From assembly GCF_006345805.1 (NCBI RefSeq), contig NC_043001.1:85808001-85872000 (forward strand): a stretch of 64,000 bases of DNA. The letters run 5' to 3'. A program made the position numbers and the translations under genes. Within the stretch, counting starts at the first letter, position 1; each line of letters begins with the position of its first letter. The notes beneath the pieces were generated by a model, which had not been told where the DNA came from, did not search any database, and saw only the letters and a list, made by a program, of their open reading frames with translations. Below, one piece after another: positions 39,840-64,000 of the stretch. The DNA comes from Octopus sinensis. Lineage: Eukaryota.

Positions 39840-41445
39840 ATGTGTGTGTGTTTGTGTGTGTGTGTGTGGGTGTGTGTGTGTGAGTGTTTGTCTGTCTGTC
39901 AGTGTGTGTGTCTGTGTTTTTCCCCACTCCAACATCGCTTGACAACTGATGTTGATGTGTTTAAATCCTTGTATTCTAGCGGTTCGGCAAAAGAGAGCCA
40001 TAGAATAAGTAAGAGGCTTTCAAAGAGGAAGTCTTGGTATCGATTTCTTCGACTAAAAGTCAGTGCTCGAACATGACCGCAGTCAAATGACTGAAACAAA
40101 TAAAAGAATAAAATAATATTTATTGAAATCAGCTTCGTTTCCAGAGCTAGCAGATTAATTGCTTAGTGGCAACTGGGACCGATTCCAAATGTGAAGGGTA
40201 GATAATCTCATGAGTTCTTCTCAGTTACGACAGTAAGGAAAACAAAAAGCCACACTGGCTGAAGGCAAGAAGACATCTGTGAACATGTATATGTGTAACA
40301 ATAAGTCTCATCAGCACGACAATAACTAGACTACATGCATGTTGTTGATTGGTTGTGAATAATAAAAAGTGAATGTAGAGAAAAAATATATAGCGTGCGT
40401 TAAAGGCGCGTGGCTAAGTGATTAGGAGTATTCGTGAGTTCAGTTCCTGGTGGTACATAGTGTACTTGAGCAAGACACTTGACATCGTTCGAAATCTGGA
40501 AGAATGTGAGAAAGATTTTTGTGACCAGCAGTGTGCAACACCCGATAATCAGGTCGATAAAATTCTTACAGATTATCTGGACAGGGAAGCTTATTTTTCT
40601 TCAACTCATTATTATACTCACATATGTGGAGTCGCGTGGTTTAGTGGTTAGGGTGTCAGCATCATGATCGTAGGATTGTGGTTTCGATTCCTGGACCGGG
40701 CGACGCGTTGTGGTCTTGAGCAAAACACTTCATTTCACGTTGCTCTAGTCCACTCAGCTGGCAAAAGTGAGTAACGCTGCGATGGACTGGCGTCCCGTCC
40801 AGCTGGGGATCACATACACCAATGAAACCGGGAAACCGGGCCCATGAGCCTGGCTATGCTTTAAAAGAGTGCATTTATGTATTAATTATACTCACGTATA
40901 CACCACACACACACACACACACATTCTGACTATATCTGCTCCTTAATTAAAATAGAATTTTGCTTTCTATAATCAAATTTTTATTGTTTTCTGTTGTGTT
41001 TTTTTAAAATCGTGATATCTTTCCTTGTAAAGCACCCCAACATCTACACCCTACTATTGACTCTGTACAAGGTATTCTGTTACAATGATATAATGTCAGT
41101 ACATGTTAATATACTATATAAGATATATAAAGCCCAAAAAATAAACAATAAATGAGAAGACGACAAATACGTAGCGTTCATGTCACGTATGAACTATAGT
41201 AATGAAATATGGCCAGTGAATATAAAAGGTTATCTAAATATCGGGTGTCTGTAGTTGCTGTTTGGTAGTGAAATATGGACATTGAAACATGAACAGTAAA
41301 AGTGCATGTGCCTATAAAATGTCTGCTGTTTTTGCTTTTTTATTTTAGCAGATATGTGCATTGGTTTGCTTACACACAATTACTGCGCGATTAATATCAA
41401 ATTTTTTGTGGCCATGATTTTGTTCGATCAAACATTTAAGGAGCT

Positions 41446-41447
41446 TT

Positions 41448-41487
<40 letters not shown>

Positions 41488-41589
41488 TCTCTCTCTCCCT
41501 CTCTCTCTCTCCTCTCTCTCTCCCTCTCTCTCTCCCTCTCTCTTCCTCTCTCTCTTCCTCTCTCTCCTTCTCTCTGCCCCTCTCTCTCT

Positions 41590-41647
<58 letters not shown>

Positions 41648-41829
41648 CTATCTCTACCTATTTATCTCTCTCTATCTATCTATTTACCTACTTATCTATT
41701 TTACTTTCTCTCTATGTCTTTCTTTCTCTCTCTCTCTCACTCTCTCTCTCTTTCTCTCCCTTATTTCAGTTTTAATCTTTCAAGGCTATATTTCTATATT
41801 TTTGTTAATAATTGATTAATTTTTAACGC

Positions 41830-41891
<62 letters not shown>

Positions 41892-41945
41892 ATAATAATA
41901 ATAATAATATAACATCATCATCATCATTATTATCATTATTATTAT
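41446..41945. repeat. (CT)n/(CTAT)n tract followed by (ATT)n(AAT)n
   Basis: Directly visible. Confidence 0.97.
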
Positions 41946-44410
41946 TATACTACATTAGCGCTTGTGTTTGGCTTTCATCAAATATTCTGAAATCTTAAAA
42001 AATATTTTTTGGGGTAATCATTATTTCATGTTGTCAGCAACATTTAGTTGTTAGCAGTTGTTTGTTATGTTAGCAATTATTAATATTAATTAGTAATTAT
42101 TATTATTACATGTCGGAAACTGTTTTATTTGTCATCAATTAATTTTATATCAATATTATTTAATAACTTAATAATTACTTTTATCACTTTGCAATTGCTT
42201 TTATCACATATAAATTAATTTGTGTGTTAGCAAGTATTTATATTTTCTAATCAATAATGAAATTTCTTTCTTGTTATCTGATATTAATTATCAATTAATA
42301 ATGCAATTTTATAAAACAAAATCCTAATAATGTTTCACTGGATTATATCACACTCAATCTTTAGTATTGATTCAATTCTGAAATATGCGATTCCCTATGA
42401 TATTGAATTTTAAACGAAAATCAAAAAGAGCACGAAGTTTTGGAGAGATATTATCTTAAACAGTGTGTAATCATAAATAATGCAGCGAGCTGGAAGAATC
42501 GTAATTTGTGTAAAATGCGTAGCTGTATTTCGTCCATCTTTTATGTTCAAATTCTGCCCTGGCCAACTTTGACTTTCATCCTTATCGATAAAATAAGTAC
42601 CAGTTGAATATGGGGAGTCATTGTAGTCGACTAGCTAACCACCCCACCCACCCTAAATTGCTGGCGTTGTGCAAAAATGTGAAATCAGTCATAGATACAT
42701 GCACAAGTAGGCATTGCTGTGTGGTTGAGAAGTTTGCTTTGCAACCACGGGCTTTTCGAGTTCAGTCCCATTGTACGGCACTTTCAGCAAGTGTCTTAAG
42801 TCCCGGGTGACAACCAATGGCTTGTGCGTGAATTGGTGTGTGAATGTACAAGTGTGTGTGAATGAGTGTGTGCGTGTGTGAATGTATGTGTGTGCGTACG
42901 TACGTACGTATGTACATATGTTTGTATGTATGTATGTGTTTATGTTAGTCTTCTCTCCGTTTGAGAACAGATGTTGGCATTTTTATGAGCACATAGCTGA
43001 ACGGCTCGGCAAAAGTGAAGTACTAGACTTTAAAGAATATAATAATTGATGGGGTTGATTTATTCGAAATTGCACAGTCCAGTAACTGAAGCAAGTAAAA
43101 TAATATGACTATATACAGCATGCAAATAGATTGAAATTTGAGTAGATAAACAATATGAAAATGTTTTAACACAAGGATAGCAATTTCGATATGGACTGGA
43201 TAGGCAAGTTAATTACATTTACGCCTGTGCGCAATTGATACTTATTCTAACAACCCCCAAAACCCGAAAGGAATTACAATTCTGAATGTAAAGAATCAAA
43301 GTAACATCACTAAGCAATTTTTCCGACGCGCTAACGTTTCTGCAAGCACAATACGTTAACCCTTCAGCATTTAAACAGGCAGGCCCAAATATTAGGCCTG
43401 TCCTTTCATATCTACCATAAAATGTCGTTCTAAAAATAAGCCATCACGGCATAGAAATCTCAAAGGTACGAGATAATGCACGTGACCTTGTGGATAGGGC
43501 TTTGCATACATAATCACGAGAGTATGATTTCGATTCCTGCAACTGAAGGTGCATTTGTATTTTTGAGCCAAACTTTTCATTTCACATTGCTCCAGCCTTC
43601 TCAGCTGTAAATAGGCTATCCTATGACGGACTAACGTCCCGTTCAGGAGGTATGTTGTTATCTCGGTCACTTATATGCCATGGACACCGTTAGCTGACCC
43701 TATGAGTACCAGGAGTCGAAGCAGTAATGTCCAAAGTTGATGATAATCATTATGATGTTATATAAAACCATGACTATAAAGTGTATGGAAATATTCGACA
43801 ATAAGTCGCTTGTAAATATGAATATATAAATAAGTAGTTTTTCAATATGGAGAGCAGTTATTTGAAATTGACCACAAGCAGCATTACAGTGAGACATTGA
43901 AAGACTGGCTGATCTATTTTAGTTTTACCGGTATTTGCTTCGGCTTTTATATTCCTAATTCAAATCTCGCCGTGGTCAACTTTGACTCCTATCTTTCTGG
44001 GTTAGGTAAAATAAGGTAACAGTCAAGTATTGGGTTTGATGTGTTAAGCGTCCCCAACAAAATTCTTTGCGTTGTATCTTTTACAGAAACGACTATTATT
44101 GTAATTGTATAATTATGAAGTTAAGAAGCTCGCCATGGCACCATATAGAATCCGGCTCAATCCGTCTATGTGGCACCTTGAACAATTGGTTTCTACCAAA
44201 ATTCCTAGGCCGACTAATGCCTTGTGAATGAATTTGATGAACGGAAACTATGTGGAAGCTCGTCGTGTATGTGTGTGCGTATGAGTTTTGTGTGTGAGCA
44301 TATGTTTTGTGTGTGTCTTTGTACTTATGTTTGTACCTCCTCGCTGCTTAACATCCGGTGCTATTTCACGTCCCTTTAACTTGCGGTTCCTCAGTTTTGA
44401 TCAGAAGTAT

Positions 44411-44820
44411 ACTCTTTTTACTTGTTTCAGTCATTTGACTGCAGCCATGCTGGAGCACCGCCTTTAGTCGAGCAAATCGACCCCGGGACTTATTCTTTGT
44501 AAGCCCAGTACTTATTCTATCGGTCTCTTTTGCCGAACCGCTAAGTGACGGGGACGTAAACACACCAGCATCGTTTGTCAAGCAATGCTAGGGGGACAAA
44601 CACAGACACACAAACATATACACACACACGCATATATATATATACATACATATATACGACAGGCTTCTTTCAGTTTCCGTCTACCAAATCCACTCACAAG
44701 GCATTGGTCAGCCCGGGGCTATAGCAGAAGACACTTGCCCAAGATGCCAGGCAGTGGGACTGAACCCGGAACCATGTGGCTGGTTAGCAAGCTACTTACC
44801 ACACAGCCACTCCTGCGCCT
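44411..44820 (-). mobile_element. Young full-length copy of the microsatellite-containing SINE
   Basis: Reverse complement of the 20803-21200 family, complete from head to tail. Confidence 0.9.
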
Positions 44821-45355
44821 ACATAAGTGCTACATATAAAAAAATAATTCCTGGGCTCAAGCAGATTGACTGAAAACTTTCAAAGTGGTGCATTGGCATG
44901 AACCTTATCCAAAGACTGGAATAAGTAAAAGACAAAAAAATAAATATTATGTTCTAGTCAAATGAGAAAAAAAACCCCTGGCCAATATCAAAATTTCGTC
45001 ACAGTTTCTAACAATATCGATTACGAAGTTCGTCTTCTGCGTAGTTTCCCTGCTTATCTCTCAATCCTTCATCTGTGTTTACGATTTATAGATTATTAGT
45101 GAGTTTTCTTAATGTTCTGTTAATTATATTCTATTCATGGCTTGTTCATTTCTTTGATTGTGTGTAAATGTGTGTGAGTGTGCGTGAGTGTGCGTAAGTG
45201 TGTGTGTGTGTGTGTGTGCACTCGCGCTTGTGTATATGGTGGTGATTATCTATCTCTATGCACGTTCTGGTGTATTTGACTATAGCTGTAAGATTTCATT
45301 ACAACCACACATACATACGAGTGCGTGTCTGCCCACACACGCACGCGCGCGCGTT

Positions 45356-45407
<52 letters not shown>

Positions 45408-45473
45408 TATATATATATATATATATGTATGTATGTGTGTATGTATGTATGTATATAATATATTATATATATA

Positions 45474-45528
<55 letters not shown>

Positions 45529-45762
45529 ATATATATATATGATGGATCATGGTTTCATTTCCTGGCCAGTGTGGTAGACTGTGTTTTTGAGCAGAACCAT
45601 TGTACTACGATTGACAATTTTTGATATCTTGGCATCTGAAGCAGCTGGAGATAGTTTGTCCAAAAGAACCGGCTATAGCAACCAAAATTGAATATTGGCC
45701 AAATTTAGACATACGACAGTTTAACATAATAGCAACAATATATATGTATATGTATACATATT

Positions 45763-45798
<36 letters not shown>

Positions 45799-45847
45799 CA
45801 TAACAGTGAAATAGAGAGGGAAACTGACAATAATTAGAAAATGTATT

Positions 45848-45853
45848 TTTATT
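45848..45853 (-). promoter_or_regulatory. Probable polyadenylation signal of the S-crystallin gene
   Basis: AATAAA on the minus strand about 55 nt downstream of the stop codon. Confidence 0.55.
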
Positions 45854-45906
45854 TTAAAAGAGTGATGGTAATAAAAGTACAAACAAACCAATTAGTAAAT
45901 CTCTCA

Positions 45907-62293
<16,387 letters not shown>

Positions 62294-62302
62294 CTGAAGG
62301 AA

Positions 62303-62320
62303 ATAACAACAACAACAGCT

Positions 62321-62396
<76 letters not shown>

Positions 62397-62560
62397 AAAG
62401 AAGCAGGAGAAAAGAAGAAGAAGAAAGAAGAAGAAGAAGAAGAAGAAGAAGAAGAAGAAGAAGAAGAGAAGAAGAAGAAGAAGAAGAAGAAGAAGAAGAA
62501 GAAGAAGAAGAAGAAGAAGAAGAAGAAGAAGAAGAAGAAGAAGAAAGAAAATAATAATAA
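62303..62560. repeat. (AAC)n(AAT)n(GAA)n compound microsatellite abutting the exon 2 acceptor
   Basis: Directly visible; source of the poly-N/K/R/E ORFs. Confidence 0.98.
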
Positions 62561-62561
62561 T

Positions 62562-63060
62562 AAAGACATTGAAAGACTTCTGGCAAAAATCATTCATCCT
62601 CATTGATAGGAATTTCCCAATCGACATATATGTATCTTTCAAGATCTACCAAAAACTGAGCAAGTATAAAGATCTTGAAATAGAAACTGGCAAAATGTGG
62701 AACCTCAAGACTAAAACAATACTTGTCGTTATAGGTGCCCTAGGAATGATAGCAAAAGGGGCTGATTCCTACCTACCTCAGATATCAGGAAACCCCAAAA
62801 TGGCAGAAAATCAAAAGATAGTGTTCATGGAAAATGCCCATATCCTACGTAAAATACTGTCTATGTAACCTCAAATTTTAAAACAAACCTACCATTTTCT
62901 TGTTTACTTAAACATTCTCTATAACAAAACTATGTGCAAAACCAAATATATGACACCCTAGGCATAATACCAACTTGAACTTCTAACTTGTTGTCTCTTG
63001 AGGTCTCTGGGTGTGACTTAGAGTCAACTTGTACAAATACAAAGCAAAAGTCAAACAGAT
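62562..63060 (+). mobile_element. 3' end of an R4/Dong-like LINE (RLE endonuclease C-terminus plus 3' UTR) with (AAT)n tail
   Basis: Encodes ..LID..KLSKYKDLEIETGKMWNLKTKTILVVIGALGMI..QISGNPK..QKIV..AHILRKILSM*, followed by a 3' UTR and (GAT)n(AAT)n. Confidence 0.88.
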
Positions 63061-63099
63061 GATGATGATGATGATAATAATAATAATAATAATAATAAT

Positions 63100-63172
<73 letters not shown>

Positions 63173-63726
63173 TCCTTGATGCAGTACCAGGCAGTGGCTC
63201 TCATGGCTTCTGATCTTAACTGATTGGAAGTGTTATCATGTACATTGTTTTGTCTTGGTATAAAAGATGGGCTACAGCAAATATTCTGCTCAATACCACA
63301 GATTTGCTCGTCAGTTGTTTGACCTTAACCAGTTGACCAAGTCCCTTAGTGGCTGACGATATGTGCATCTCTGATCACGAGCAGAAGTAGTGGGGGAGCA
63401 TCATAGCCATGTGTTGAGAGGGATTCTTTGGGGTTTGAATAATTCACTTCTGGAAACATGGGTGGTTCTTTCAACATCCTTAAACAACCCTTATTCAGGT
63501 ACCTTTTGAGCGGGATGGGCTACTCAGCCTGAAGAAAATTCTAACTGGGCCCCACCTGCAAGGTCATGTGCTGTTTATCTTGATATGAGATCACCATGTC
63601 GCGCACATATGGTTGTGATGCATGTGCCTGGTGTACCTTTATCAGACGGGTAGTCATGATGGGTATATTGGGCTTCGTATATTTTACCCCAGTGTCACTT
63701 TGATGGCATGGGCTGCTCTCTCACTC
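63173..63726. mobile_element. ~555-bp non-coding interspersed element embedded in (AAT)n, copy 1
   Basis: Flanked on both sides by (AAT)n; a similar second copy begins at ~63772; no ORF. Confidence 0.75.
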
Positions 63727-63771
<45 letters not shown>

Positions 63772-63772
<1 letters not shown>

Positions 63773-64000
63773 CCCTGATGCAGTACCAGTCAGCGGCTCT
63801 CATGGCTACTGATTTTAATTGATTGGAAGTTTTATCATGTACATTGTTTTGTCTTGGTATAAAAGATGGGCTACAGCAAATATGCTGCTCAATACCACAG
63901 ATTTGCTTGTAAGTTTCCTGATCATGGCCAGTTGAGCATGTTCCTTTGTGGCTGACTATATGTGCATCTCTGATCACGAACAGATATTGTGGGGGAAGCA
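63772..64000. mobile_element. Second tandem copy of the (AAT)n-embedded element (runs off the window)
   Basis: ctgatgcagtaccagtcagcggctctcatggc... matches 63177 onward. Confidence 0.75.

Overview
AT-rich, microsatellite- and transposon-dense eukaryotic DNA, almost certainly from an octopus (inferred from a cephalopod S-crystallin gene and cephalopod-type SINE families). The one well-supported host gene is a minus-strand S-crystallin (sigma-class GST-derived lens protein). Five coding exons are visible (62198-62293, 58346-58461, 53949-53990, 47751-47858, 45907-46071). They splice in frame through GT-AG sites to 174 aa plus a stop, and exon 1 lies beyond base 64000. The 42-nt phase 0-0 exon sits exactly where the variable long-loop exon of S-crystallins sits, and skipping it would give a protein of short-loop (SL11-like) length. 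The rest of the window is mostly decayed mobile DNA: an R4/Dong-like restriction-like-endonuclease (RLE) LINE with an internal self-inversion, RTE LINE fragments, Penelope-like remnants (GIY-YIG endonuclease, pseudo-LTRs (pLTRs) with hammerhead-ribozyme-like cores), three tRNA-derived SINE families, mariner-derived foldbacks/MITEs and a non-autonomous Helitron. A speculative minus-strand micro-exon gene encoding a signal-peptide-like sequence is proposed at 5488-12207. Most ORFs in the supplied track are microsatellite artefacts. All alignments were done by eye and no database search was run.
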